From positions 32,974-96,973 of the forward strand of contig JAYGDX010000171.1 in NCBI GenBank assembly GCA_046582655.1: a DNA stretch of 64,000 nucleotides, in the 5' to 3' direction. The translations under genes and the position numbers were made by a program. The notes under the pieces were generated by a model, which was not told the origin of the DNA, made no database searches, and was given only the letters and a program-made list of their open reading frames with translations. Below are positions 40,701-50,160 of this stretch, one piece after another. The stretch's first letter is position 1. Each line of letters begins with the position of its first letter. The DNA comes from Candidatus Poribacteria bacterium. GTDB taxonomy: Bacteria; Poribacteria; WGA-4E; UBA9662.

Positions 40701-41482
40701 GGAAATCCACCAATCCTCAGTATAACGTGTTTGGCAATGAGTTCTTTGTTGGTTTTAACGATGATTTTTGAAGCTAAAAAATCGTAGTGTGGATATTTCA
40801 ATGGACTGCTAGTAATCGATCCCCCTCGTATATAGGATTCATTCTCCCCGATTTTAAAAATCTCTTTACCCCGATAATACCACGGTTCGCTGTAGGTAAA
40901 TCCTTCATGGACAATACCCTCATTGGTTGTCATGTTGTAAACCAGTTCATTCGAGAAAGTCTCCTCGTCACCAACGACCAGTTTCACGTTCCCGTATGCT
41001 TTCACCATGTCCTTGTCGAAATCAGCCCAAATGTGGTCTGCCCAAAGTACAATTTCTTCCGTTTTAACTAATGCCTGCCCGTGGATTTCAACTAAGTTCT
41101 TGTTAACGATAAGATGCTGACCTTTACCAATGATACGGTCTTTTTCCCCGGAAGCGTTTTCTGGATCTAGACGAGCTGGTGGTTTCTCTGGCTGGGATTC
41201 TGGCTTACTAATAGTACCGTCAGCATTTGTTTGGCTGATTTCAGTATTGCTGGGTGTAGCGGGTGATACAGTATCTTGGGAGAGAACTCCAGTTGATAAC
41301 CATAGGAGTAGGATAAAAAAAATAACCGAATAAGTGAGTGGAAAACGACAGAAACGAATGTGGTGTTGACCTAGAGGCTTAATCTGATAAGGGATTTTTC
41401 TCTTTTTGAATTCCCGTTTTTCATGCAACTGGAATAAGCGAATCAATTGGTGATCCTGCTTATTCAACTGCATTTTCTGCAC
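37751..41482 (-). CDS. lptD: LptD-like LPS-assembly beta-barrel protein with inserted parvulin domains
   Basis: OstA-like N-terminal domain (ADHIWADF, AYGNV, PHY..A.KI, PLFYFP); barrel motifs such as KLPE; internal GGDLGF..FALKAGEIS..GFHILKV; terminal Phe. Start uncertain. Confidence 0.75.
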   Translation of the reverse strand: MQKMQLNKQDHQLIRLFQLHEKREFKKRKIPYQIKPLGQHHIRFCRFPLTYSVIFFILLLWLSTGVLSQDTVSPATPSNTEISQTNADGTISKPESQPEKPPARLDPENASGEKDRIIGKGQHLIVNKNLVEIHGQALVKTEEIVLWADHIWADFDKDMVKAYGNVKLVVGDEETFSNELVYNMTTNEGIVHEGFTYSEPWYYRGKEIFKIGENESYIRGGSITSSPLKYPHYDFLASKIIVKTNKELIAKHVILRIGGFPLFYFPAYRRDLRKDKQAKVIFRLGTDSYQGPFMSIELPISRRRRLNGSIMFDQSSRRGRGGGTDGGYRVNDVGFDEIFLPFLPDATPSEKAKLKDLAAELADRLDGEFDHYKLRQLFFEYLITDEDVKRAHTKIQEVYTKLQAENADFGKISEANSDDDQTRYQGGDLGFLVRGEKDQEGELRLDPVLEEAAFALKAGEISQVLRTDRGFHILKVDHILDIYGEHEISIRRIDINISPSDETRETTREIAEKIQGRAAAGESLAQLASEFEESEVSDVNNGAMIPLNEMDSRWKYSVRRLEMLGEVTPTVMTDRGIHIFQLMEKEETPSFEEVARDFEEKVGRSMIEEFEKRRVQKAEAEKKVPESKETGQDEEQNEEEKIKAYTKHGFKGRWEHERAVTREAQQLDRDESSHVIESKKGYHLINIKKKRTYRGDLFFYTNDQYSFSREEATRIGQRTALRWGHYHSIYTPWDNREEGRKPLNFMGRVELQSKSYKEGFGDSESAIDSFGMFTWGSAFSAIDELDTDDDGNLTFSTQRIGEFLGRLQVNHSLDLTGEGTRTLQKLPEANVSLSRMRVSNLPIFKIINDRMVKIAEKVNTDTPILSLLSFPTLENTSFDLDVNVGNFYRDLYQEEKNVYLLAGVVGFDVRKQSTLKISSTREAKLDLNLNTNFVWHDKDRDGNRHIFRRVYDVQVDVSTILFRIYDISFIPGARRMRHQMNSTVSASYAPPVDREDNLYPFGPSTYFYEAKDLTYRFDTSIEIKTQKNKTPLRILQFRTRLQADYTDYAAEWNRKYDFIDSNVTITPLASQSMNIIIRTTHDPNESELDQKRFKQVGFRSNVSYRRDKWDFSLGNSFSKRTSRASRRINFSFQFRPNSLIEIDLGADYDWIEKQFYSQRMTLRRNLNVWDLRISWHRVGIKRSPPYNNVRQDFTFQLNLLADPAVTVGLGYDATTETWGFRSLPVGVPYNAFGVGNGLSRSYF

Positions 41483-41485
41483 GGT

Positions 41486-42805
41486 TTATTTGTTGATCTT
41501 GACGAAGGCTATACTGTGAAGCAGGTTTGTGTAGGTTTTCCACTCATCTTGAAACTTTTTTTCGCGTAAAAGAGTTCGGATTTGATCTTTTTCTGCTTGG
41601 GTGAGCTCAGAAGGAAGGTGACTGTCAACTTTAAAAATGTGGACGCCTGATAAAGTTTGTACAGATTCACTGTACTCTCCTTTTCCAAGTTTCTCGATTA
41701 TAGAACGAATTTCGGGCGTCAAATTATCCAATGAATTAGGACCAAGATCTCCACCATTTCCTTTTGTCTTGGTATCGTCAGAAAAGCTTTGGGCTAAGAT
41801 AGAAAAATCTTCGCCTTGATTTAATTTTTCAATAATGGTTTTTGCGGTATTATTGGCTATATTAACCGAATCTTCACTGATGTCAGAAGGCATGTTGAGA
41901 TAACGAAAGGCGATGTCTTTGTCGCTCTTACTCTCGATTTTGAAAACGTAAAATCCATCGGTACTTTCAATTGGATTGCTGACTTTATTTGCCTCTAAGG
42001 TTGTCAATGCTGTTAAGAAAGGTTCGGACAGCTTGTTAACTTCAGAGATGGGTAGCTCTACCAGAGAAGCAATCTGATCTTTATCAACCTTATCTGTGAT
42101 AATTTGCTTGGCCAGGGTTTCAAAATCGTCACCATTTTTAACAGCGATTATCAATTCATTTAACGTTTTAATTGTTTTTTGACGATCGACTTCAGTTGGC
42201 TGAAAAGCGATGAAGATGTGCCTTAAATTAATGAGATCATTTTTTTTATCGAATTGATCCCGGTTTTCGTCAAAGAATTTCTGGACATCAGAGTCGCGAA
42301 CTTGTAACTTGGGTAGAATTCGTTGCATCACAAGTCGTTCTGCCATTAGATTCCGTTTTGTTTGTTCGCGATAAGATATCATTGTGAATCCTTCACGCTT
42401 TAGTTGGTTAAGAAATTCTTCTTCGCTTGTAATTTTTGTTTGATCTTTGAAGTTTTGTATCGCTCGGTCTATTTCTTCCCCGGTCACCTCAATTTTAAGA
42501 GTTAACGCAGTTTCGACCAGTAGCATCTGACGGATGAATTGATCAAGCAATTGAGGACGGTCTTCTTCAGCCTGTTGACGTGCTTCCTGTTTGCTGAAGT
42601 TATGGAAACGCTGAAGTTCCATTGCTCGTTGCTTAACCAGCGTTTCTATCTCCCAAGCGGTAATTACTTCATCGTTCACGAAGCCGATAATACGATCGAA
42701 TGTTCGACCTTGTGCTATCTGGATTAAAGAAGCGAAAACAGCAATCATCAGCCCAATTTTGTAAATACGGGATTGATTAGGCTTTAGCATATTCTGTTGA
42801 CGCAT
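41486..42805 (-). CDS. surA: SurA-like chaperone with two PPIase domains
   Basis: DRIIGFVNDEVIT (SurA N-terminal domain), LRHIFI, FETLAK and SDD....GGDLG motifs. Confidence 0.85.
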   Translation of the reverse strand: MRQQNMLKPNQSRIYKIGLMIAVFASLIQIAQGRTFDRIIGFVNDEVITAWEIETLVKQRAMELQRFHNFSKQEARQQAEEDRPQLLDQFIRQMLLVETALTLKIEVTGEEIDRAIQNFKDQTKITSEEEFLNQLKREGFTMISYREQTKRNLMAERLVMQRILPKLQVRDSDVQKFFDENRDQFDKKNDLINLRHIFIAFQPTEVDRQKTIKTLNELIIAVKNGDDFETLAKQIITDKVDKDQIASLVELPISEVNKLSEPFLTALTTLEANKVSNPIESTDGFYVFKIESKSDKDIAFRYLNMPSDISEDSVNIANNTAKTIIEKLNQGEDFSILAQSFSDDTKTKGNGGDLGPNSLDNLTPEIRSIIEKLGKGEYSESVQTLSGVHIFKVDSHLPSELTQAEKDQIRTLLREKKFQDEWKTYTNLLHSIAFVKINK

Positions 42806-43929
42806 TATTCGGTTTCGTCAGACGAATCTTCTTGTTCTTCGTTTGATTCTTCCGTACCTTCTTCGTTTGATTCTTCCGTACCTTCTGAGGTTGGGTCTTC
42901 TGCACCTTCTGAGGTTGGGTCTTCTGCACCTTCTGAGGTTGGGTCTTCTGTACCTTCTGAGGTTGGGTCTTCTGTACCTTCTGAGGTTGGGTCTTCTGAG
43001 TCAGTAGATTCGGCTTCTAGTTCAGTTGGAACCCGAATGAGATCTTCGTAGACCTTGACCTTGGCCTTCTCCCGGAGGCCAGCCAGCCAGCCAGCCAATA
43101 GTTCATCACGTTTTGCCTGTTCCGCACTACTCTCAACACTATCGCGAACCTCTTCAAAAGGCTTCTGGCGCTCTGCTTTCTCTTCTTCTTTTCGGAATAT
43201 CATGAAATAGGGTTCTCCACGTACTTCTGCACGAAGGACCTCATCATAGGTTTGGTCAATCTCAAGGGCAAAAGCTGCATCGACAAAAGGTCTGACAATA
43301 TCGGAAAAACTGCTGTAGCTGATAAAACCGGTGTCTCCAGGGTTCTCTGGATCAGCTCCCGGCCCGTCAAGTTCGCCGCGATCCGATAGCGTTTGAGCTA
43401 ATTCCTTAATATCCGCGCCATCTGCCATTTGTTGGAAAGTCTCATTTGCCCGCTCTTCGTTCTTGACAGTAATACAAGTTAATCGAACCTGTTCTGGATC
43501 AATGTATTCCACTTTGTTTTCTTCGTAGTAAAGCCTAAGATTATCTTCAGTTAGCTTTATCTTTTGCTCGACTTCAATATCAGTTATTTTCTCCAGCATC
43601 AGTTCGTGAAGATAATCTTGGATTTTGTCTTGAATCTCTTCATTTCCTTGCAGGTTTTTATCTTGGGCAATCATTAGGATCAGACGGCTTTCGGCCATAA
43701 GCGTCATATACTCTTCAAGACCTTCTTTAGTCTCCCGGTATTGTTCCTGTTTGTAATCCGGCAGTTCAGAAATTTCCTGCATCATTTCTTCAAGTGTAAT
43801 GTGATGCTTTTTACCATTCCAATCGAATTCTGAAATTATTGTCCCTTCAACCTTTTCGGTCTTACTACCGCAACCGATTAAAAGACTCCCAGTTAATAGT
43901 AAGCAAAAAAACGCGATAATCCTATTCAT
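42805..43929 (-). CDS. PpiC-type peptidylprolyl isomerase lipoprotein with acidic repeat tail
   Basis: Lipobox LLIGC after ATG 43929; EQVRLTCI, GDTGF, FVDAAFAL and PFEEVR motifs. Confidence 0.82.
   Translation of the reverse strand: MNRIIAFFCLLLTGSLLIGCGSKTEKVEGTIISEFDWNGKKHHITLEEMMQEISELPDYKQEQYRETKEGLEEYMTLMAESRLILMIAQDKNLQGNEEIQDKIQDYLHELMLEKITDIEVEQKIKLTEDNLRLYYEENKVEYIDPEQVRLTCITVKNEERANETFQQMADGADIKELAQTLSDRGELDGPGADPENPGDTGFISYSSFSDIVRPFVDAAFALEIDQTYDEVLRAEVRGEPYFMIFRKEEEKAERQKPFEEVRDSVESSAEQAKRDELLAGWLAGLREKAKVKVYEDLIRVPTELEAESTDSEDPTSEGTEDPTSEGTEDPTSEGAEDPTSEGAEDPTSEGTEESNEEGTEESNEEQEDSSDETE
42835..42998. repeat. 24-bp coding tandem repeat
   Basis: About five copies of ccttctgaggttgggtcttctg(c/t)a plus two copies of ttcttcgtttgattcttccgtacc; encodes EDPTSEG[T/A] and EESNEEGT. 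Confidence 0.9.
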
Positions 43930-44935
43930 TGTTGGTCTCCTTTTCTGTTTTCTCGTTAGTTTCTTCTGATGTTTCTTCGCTGTCATCAGAAATATCGGTA
44001 TTTTCGGAACTTCCCTCCTCCTCTTCACTCTTTTTTACTGCAGATTCAGGAATACGTTCAGGGTATTTCCGAAGATTTCCCTTTCCTGTAACTTCCTCAA
44101 CCCATTCGAGAATGCGCTCACGTTTTTTTTCTCTTTCAATAATTCTTTCAACCTGATCTCTTACCTCTTCAAAAGTTTCCAGTCGCTCTGGATGAAGTTC
44201 CTCCTTGCGAAAGATGAGGTAATAGTATTCGTCTCCATATTCGACTTCTACGAGCTCTTTAGTCATTTCGCCAACTTCGAGTTCAAATACACCATCAACG
44301 AAGGGACGCCAGCTTTCAGAAACATCTCTGTCGAAGAAACTTGTGTCACCTGAGTTGTCCTGACCCGAACCTGGACCATCAAGCTTATTATCTTTCGAAA
44401 GTTTCTTCGCCATATCAATAATATCCGTACCTGCTATTATCTGCTCAAGAGCTTCTTGAGCAAGTTCCTCGTCTTCTTTTATAGATATACAGGTGGCGCG
44501 AACCTCTTCGGCAACGATATAATCATCCGAGTGTTCTTGGTAATAGTCTAGCAGTTCCTGTTCCGAGTAGGATATTTTCTCGTCTACTTCGATTTCGGTG
44601 AGTTGCTCAACCATTAACTGATGGCGATAATCTTCAGCTTTTTCAAGTAGCTCCGTATCTTCATTAAAACCATTCTGTTTCGCATTGAGCAATTGCAGTT
44701 TCCCATTAATGAATTCGTTAAGAAACTCGATTTTATCAGATATGGTTCTGTTGACATTCTCTTGTCGGTAGGTAGGTAGTTTTTCAATCTCTGCTTCTAG
44801 ATCTTCAACAGTAATTTTTTGGAGTTCGCCATTCCAGGTAAATTCCGCAGCTACCTCTGCAGCATGAATTGAAGTGTTGAAGTGAACCAATAAAAAAAAT
44901 AAGAAAACGGTATTGGTGAAACTATATTTTAACAA
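43922..44935 (-). CDS. PpiC-type peptidylprolyl isomerase (paralogue of the downstream gene)
   Basis: Signal peptide; EFTWNG, EVRATCI, GDTSFF, FVDGVFEL and TFEEVR motifs; TTG start with GGAGG SD. Confidence 0.8.
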   Translation of the reverse strand: MLKYSFTNTVFLFFLLVHFNTSIHAAEVAAEFTWNGELQKITVEDLEAEIEKLPTYRQENVNRTISDKIEFLNEFINGKLQLLNAKQNGFNEDTELLEKAEDYRHQLMVEQLTEIEVDEKISYSEQELLDYYQEHSDDYIVAEEVRATCISIKEDEELAQEALEQIIAGTDIIDMAKKLSKDNKLDGPGSGQDNSGDTSFFDRDVSESWRPFVDGVFELEVGEMTKELVEVEYGDEYYYLIFRKEELHPERLETFEEVRDQVERIIEREKKRERILEWVEEVTGKGNLRKYPERIPESAVKKSEEEEGSSENTDISDDSEETSEETNEKTEKETNNE

Positions 44936-45006
44936 TTTGTCCTCCGTAGTGTGGCGTCTAAATCCCTTCGTGTAAATATTAACACAGGGTTAGTTTTATG
45001 TATTGT

Positions 45007-48000
45007 TTAACTGTTCTGTAGTTTGTTTAAAATACTCCTAATTACCAAGACAAGATTCCTCCCACTTAAACCTCTTGAATCAATTTGCAGTTGAGACGGT
45101 GGTATGAGTGAAATTCTTTTATCTTGCTGAATGAGCACAATAACTTTTTGTGGATTGACCGAGGTCCTTTCCTGGTTGAAAGTGATTTTGATCTTTTCCT
45201 CACCAGTAGATATTCTCTCGACTCCAACCTCCTGGCAATTATGTTTCAATTCGGCTATGTCTAACAAGATATTTACTGATTCAGGAATAGTACCGAAGCG
45301 ATCTTGAAGTTCGACTTCCAATTCCTCTCGTCCTTCTGTTGTTTTCAGGTTGGCGATCTTTTTGTAGAACGAAATCTTTTGCCGGCTGTCAGGGATATAA
45401 TTATCCGGCAAGTACGCTTCTAACGGTAGATCAATTCGGACATCAATTTTTTCTTCAATTTCCTCCCCTTTTAATTTTTGTATGGCTTCTTCAAGCAGTT
45501 GGCAATAAAGATCATAACCAATTGTTGCGATGTGACCATATTGTTGTGGGCCAAGCATGTTGCCAGCACCCCGGATTTCAAGGTCGCGCAACGCGATTTT
45601 GAATCCAGATCCAAGATCGGTAAACTCCTCTATAACTCGCAAACGCTTCTGCGCGCCTTCAGTAACCGCCTGTCCTTGTGGGTAAAACAGGTAACCGTAT
45701 GCTTGCAGGTCTGCACGACCAACGCGTCCTCGAAGTTGATAAAGTTGCGCGAGACCAAGTACATCGGCTCGGTTGATTATAATCGTGTTTACATTCGGAA
45801 TGTCAACTCCTGATTCGATGATCATTGTAGAAACTAGAACGTCATATTTATGATCCATGAAGTCAGTAATAACTTTTTCAAGCTGCCGTTCCGGCATCTG
45901 TCCGTGACTAACGGCAATTCGTACCTGCGGCAGAAGTTCCCCTAGATGCGTGGCAATACTAGCAATACTCTGAACACGATTATGGACAAAAAAGGCCTGT
46001 CCGCCACGCTCAACTTCCCGCAAAATGCTTTCCTGTATGATATCCGGATTGTATTCCATGATATAGGTTTCGATGGGTAAACGATTTTCAGGTGGGGTAT
46101 TGATCAAACTAAAATCACGGATTCCAACCATCGACATATGCAGTGTCCTTGGGATGGGGGTGGCCGTTAATGTTAATACATCAACTGTTGATCGTATTTG
46201 CTTTATTTTCTCCTTGTGTTTCACCCCGAAACGGTGTTCTTCATCAATGATGAGTAAACCAAGATCATTGAACTTAATCGTGTCGGAAATCAATGCGTGT
46301 GTGCCGATAACAATGTCAACAGTCCCTTTTGTCATGCCACTTTTTGTTGTTTGCATCTGTTTCGGTGTTCTAAACCGACTCAGCATTTCTACGCAAATTG
46401 GAAATGGATTGAATCGGTGTTGAAATGTGTTGAAATGCTGTAGGGCGAGTACTGTCGTCGGAACGAGAACGGCAACTTGTTTGCCAGCTTCTACGGCTTT
46501 AAAAGCAGCACGCAACGCAACTTCTGTTTTACCATAACCCACATCTCCGCATATTAATCGATCCATGGGTTGAGATTGTTCCATATCTGATTTTACATCG
46601 GATATCGATTCAATCTGGTCGGGGGTTTCTTCAAACGAGAATAGCGCTTCAAATTCTTGCTGCCATGGCGAATCGCTGGGAAAAGCAAAGCCTTCTGTAC
46701 TTTTACGTTTAGCATAGATACTTAATAGTTCTTCAGCCATATTTTCAATCGCTGCTTGCGCTTTTGACTTGGTCTTTTTCCAAGCTGTTCCACCAAGCCG
46801 GTCGATTTTCGGTTTGTAATCCTTTTCATCTCCACCGATAAATTTTTGTACCAGATTGATTTGATACGTTGGTACATAAAGAATGTCACTGGCTGCGTAC
46901 TCAAGCTTAATAAAATCCTGTAACTTACCATCCACTTCGATTTTTTTTATACCTCTGTAGACAGCGATACCATGTGAGACATGCACCACAAAATCGTCTA
47001 CCTGAAGATCAATAATACTCGAAATTGGCACACCATCCTTGAATTTCGGCTTTTTCGTTGGCCGGTATGCCCGACCGAAAACTTCGTGGTCGGACATCAC
47101 AACAATTTTTTCATCTTCACTGATGAATCCTTCACTCAGGTTGCCCGTACGCACATGGGTTCTTAAATCAGGAAAGTTGCGTTCATTCAGGATTTGTCCG
47201 AACCGTTGCGAGAGTTTCTGGTTTTCGCAAAGGATAGTGATAGTATAGCCGTCTTCCGCCCATTTTTTGATCTTCTCAAAATTCATTTGATAATTACCAC
47301 GCTGCAATCCGAGTGGAAGCATACCAAATTGGATTTCTTCAATCTGATTAGCAAACGAAGTTGGCGGTGGTGTTGATGATGTGTGAATAGTCCGTAATTC
47401 TTCCAATTTCGAAATTAGAGAGTCTAAGGGCATAAATGTCTCATCTGGCGGAACCATGAACTGATTAGAATCCCACTTTTTCTGATAGATTTGTTCTGCC
47501 TGTTCAATTAGCTGCTTCGCTTCACGTTCCACCCAACTTGGCTCTACCAGCGTAACAAGTGTGTCAGGTGGGACATAGTCCAGCAAGGTGGACATATGGC
47601 TGTGCAACATCGGTATAATCGATTCAAGTCCTTCCAGATCTTTCCCTTCTTCCAATCGGTATGTGATTTGTTCAATTTCAAATGTGTATTTGGGAGATGA
47701 CTTCGACGAAATTAAAGTATCTGACCGCTTACGCCATTGGTCTATGATTTCGTCGGTGCTAATGATTTCACGAACAGGGGTGAGAGTAACTCGATCTAAA
47801 TTTTTGTTAGATCTTTGTGTGTTAGAGTCGAATAAACGGATATCATCGACCTCATCACCGAATAGATCGATTCGTATTGGCTGGTCATAATTTAAGGGAT
47901 AAATATCAAGGATATTACCACGTCTGGCGAAATCCCCCTTAGCTTCGACAAGTTCAACTTTGCCATACCCACTGTCAATCAGGTATGCGGTAATTTCCGA

Positions 48001-48435
48001 CAAATCAATTTCCTGCCCAATCTTTACTGTACGGAAGTAGGAATTGATAACTGGCTTTGGCGGCACCTTCTGGAGCAATGCTTTGATTGAGGTAGAAATA
48101 AAGGTAGGCTTGCCACTCATCAGGTTTTCAAAACATTCCATTCGATCAGCAATGTGCTTTTTGGGTGGTGAAATACCTTGGTACAGGAAATTGTGGCATT
48201 CCGGAAAGACAGAGACATTTATATCATTGCTAAGATCCTGTACTAGTTTCTCTGCATCGCTTTGTGATGGAAAAATAGCTATGAATGACTGTTTGACTAA
48301 GTCTTGAGCTAGCGAACCGAGAAGGTAAGCAGTGGAAGAACCATGTAACCCTCTAATCCAAGGTTTGATGTTCTTGGAACTTAGCGATGAAATAATTGAT
48401 TGATAAGATTGTGTTTGACGAAAAAGTTCTTTCAC
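45007..48435 (-). CDS. mfd: Transcription-repair coupling factor
   Basis: UvrB-like module, CarD-like RID (VVHVSHG), GDVGYGKT, DEEHRFG, QLRGRVGR and TRCF C-terminal domain. Confidence 0.97.
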   Translation of the reverse strand: MKELFRQTQSYQSIISSLSSKNIKPWIRGLHGSSTAYLLGSLAQDLVKQSFIAIFPSQSDAEKLVQDLSNDINVSVFPECHNFLYQGISPPKKHIADRMECFENLMSGKPTFISTSIKALLQKVPPKPVINSYFRTVKIGQEIDLSEITAYLIDSGYGKVELVEAKGDFARRGNILDIYPLNYDQPIRIDLFGDEVDDIRLFDSNTQRSNKNLDRVTLTPVREIISTDEIIDQWRKRSDTLISSKSSPKYTFEIEQITYRLEEGKDLEGLESIIPMLHSHMSTLLDYVPPDTLVTLVEPSWVEREAKQLIEQAEQIYQKKWDSNQFMVPPDETFMPLDSLISKLEELRTIHTSSTPPPTSFANQIEEIQFGMLPLGLQRGNYQMNFEKIKKWAEDGYTITILCENQKLSQRFGQILNERNFPDLRTHVRTGNLSEGFISEDEKIVVMSDHEVFGRAYRPTKKPKFKDGVPISSIIDLQVDDFVVHVSHGIAVYRGIKKIEVDGKLQDFIKLEYAASDILYVPTYQINLVQKFIGGDEKDYKPKIDRLGGTAWKKTKSKAQAAIENMAEELLSIYAKRKSTEGFAFPSDSPWQQEFEALFSFEETPDQIESISDVKSDMEQSQPMDRLICGDVGYGKTEVALRAAFKAVEAGKQVAVLVPTTVLALQHFNTFQHRFNPFPICVEMLSRFRTPKQMQTTKSGMTKGTVDIVIGTHALISDTIKFNDLGLLIIDEEHRFGVKHKEKIKQIRSTVDVLTLTATPIPRTLHMSMVGIRDFSLINTPPENRLPIETYIMEYNPDIIQESILREVERGGQAFFVHNRVQSIASIATHLGELLPQVRIAVSHGQMPERQLEKVITDFMDHKYDVLVSTMIIESGVDIPNVNTIIINRADVLGLAQLYQLRGRVGRADLQAYGYLFYPQGQAVTEGAQKRLRVIEEFTDLGSGFKIALRDLEIRGAGNMLGPQQYGHIATIGYDLYCQLLEEAIQKLKGEEIEEKIDVRIDLPLEAYLPDNYIPDSRQKISFYKKIANLKTTEGREELEVELQDRFGTIPESVNILLDIAELKHNCQEVGVERISTGEEKIKITFNQERTSVNPQKVIVLIQQDKRISLIPPSQLQIDSRGLSGRNLVLVIRSILNKLQNS

Positions 48436-49173
48436 TTATTTAAGGTTGATTCTTTCAAGTGCCCCGATCAGTTTCCCAAATCGCAATTTGGCTTCAATCC
48501 GAACAGGGATCCGCAGTTTGTCGTCTGTCAACCATATCCTATGACCGTGAGAAGTTTCCAAAACCATTGTTTGTTTCTGGCCGATTTTGGTATTTAAAGT
48601 TTCACGCTTGCTAACACTAAGAGTTATGTGTTGCGGTTTGCCTTTAACAAATAGCGGGAATTGATAATTTCGACCAACCTCTAATTTCCTTGTCCGGACG
48701 AAAAATATCATTGATAGTTCGTCTTGAATACCAACAGGTGCTGAAAATTCCTTATACTCTTTGTTTTTCAGGTAATAAATCTTTCCGTTTTTCTGATCGA
48801 AATTCACTTCCACACTTGCTCTGTATTTTCGGTCTTCCAGGTATTTTGTATGCCGAATTGGGAACAGATTATCTGTTGTAATGTAGCTCTCTTTATGATC
48901 GAAGAAGTGATACAGCTTATCGAATAAGCCTCCAGTCCGCGTTTCTGAATGAACGTGAAAGACTTTCTGGTTGTTAAATCGAGTTTCTTTATCAACTGCT
49001 AGAATTTGTTCGCCGGCTACTAATCCGGCGAATGTTGCCTTGTAAACCAACTCTTCACCAACACGTATTGGTATAAAACTTTCACTTTCCAGAAGCGAGG
49101 TTGCTTCTGCAGCAACCATTGAGATGCAAAGAAAGCAGAATCCCTCTAGTATTACAGTTAATTTTTTATTCAT
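48436..49173 (-). CDS. DUF3108 domain exported protein
   Basis: Likely start MNKKLTV at 49173; GEELVY, QDELS..FFVR and IWLTDD..RIPV motifs. Confidence 0.75.
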   Translation of the reverse strand: MNKKLTVILEGFCFLCISMVAAEATSLLESESFIPIRVGEELVYKATFAGLVAGEQILAVDKETRFNNQKVFHVHSETRTGGLFDKLYHFFDHKESYITTDNLFPIRHTKYLEDRKYRASVEVNFDQKNGKIYYLKNKEYKEFSAPVGIQDELSMIFFVRTRKLEVGRNYQFPLFVKGKPQHITLSVSKRETLNTKIGQKQTMVLETSHGHRIWLTDDKLRIPVRIEAKLRFGKLIGALERINLK

Positions 49174-49969
49174 ATACTCTGGATTCTGTCCGAAATGGCG
49201 GCGCAAGTTGCGGATTTTTTCGGTCAGCTTGGTATGCCCAATCGAAGGTGATAGTCTCAGACGAAACAGAAAGTAACCACAATTTAGCGTAATTGCCTGA
49301 AGGCAGAAGTAAAACGTAGATATGCCCTTCAATCAATTCTATAAAGGAAGTTGTAAATCCCTTTATAGGCGATACATCGATTTCTTCAAAGTATTCATGA
49401 TACCCCATGTCTTGCATCTGCGTACCATTATCTGTATATAGGTATCGAACGTTGACTTCCTCATCAAAGGCAAAATAGATATCGGAATCCTTCCAGTCTA
49501 TGGCTCCGCTTTCTGGTGTCTCAAAGTAGAATCCACTTCGTGTGGGAAATAAGTCATAAGCATGTAGAGTAACGTTTTGTCCTGATGGCCGAGGTGTATC
49601 ATATACCTCTTCTGGACTTAGGCCACTTTCGTTGCCACTTATGTCGAAGGCCGAAATAGCGTAATGATAAGTAATCCCATTTTGTACATTTTGATCGATA
49701 TACTGGAACTCCGACGTTGACACTTCCGCTAATAGATCAAAGTTTTGCCCGTCATTTCCCCTCCATATTTTGTAACCGGCCAAGTCATGTTCGCCGTTTG
49801 GGAACCATTCAATAGTTACCTCGGTATTTCCTGTAATACTTTTTACACCACGGGGGATGGCGGGTGGTTCTCTGTCACTTAAATTGTCTCCATCGTGACA
49901 AGCCGAGTTCCATACCAGTAACATCCCCGTAATAAAAGTCAAAAGCAGTTGCAAGTTTCGATAGGACAT
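49166..49969 (-). CDS. Fibronectin type III domain lipoprotein
   Basis: Lipobox-like NSAC; DLAGYKIWR and YHYAISAFDISGNES motifs. Confidence 0.78.
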   Translation of the reverse strand: MSYRNLQLLLTFITGMLLVWNSACHDGDNLSDREPPAIPRGVKSITGNTEVTIEWFPNGEHDLAGYKIWRGNDGQNFDLLAEVSTSEFQYIDQNVQNGITYHYAISAFDISGNESGLSPEEVYDTPRPSGQNVTLHAYDLFPTRSGFYFETPESGAIDWKDSDIYFAFDEEVNVRYLYTDNGTQMQDMGYHEYFEEIDVSPIKGFTTSFIELIEGHIYVLLLPSGNYAKLWLLSVSSETITFDWAYQADRKNPQLAPPFRTESRVYE

Positions 49970-50131
49970 TGAGCAATCTTGGGATTCAAACTGAACGACG
50001 TGTCAACATTTTGGGAGAATATATTGATAGGTAAATCCAACAAATAGTATCATAATCATTTGACTTCGTGCAAGATACATTATAATAGGCAAAATTGCAG
50101 TCTGAGAGCCGGTTTGGGCGTTCATTTTTAC

Positions 50132-50160
50132 TTGACAACCATAATGTCGAAAGATATTAT
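50132..50160 (+). promoter_or_regulatory. Sigma70 promoter upstream of accD
   Basis: TTGACA-N17-TATTAT. Confidence 0.6.

Noticed and set aside
42835..42998. CRISPR array
   Set aside because: The repeats are contiguous without spacers, in frame within a CDS, and I saw no cas genes in the window.
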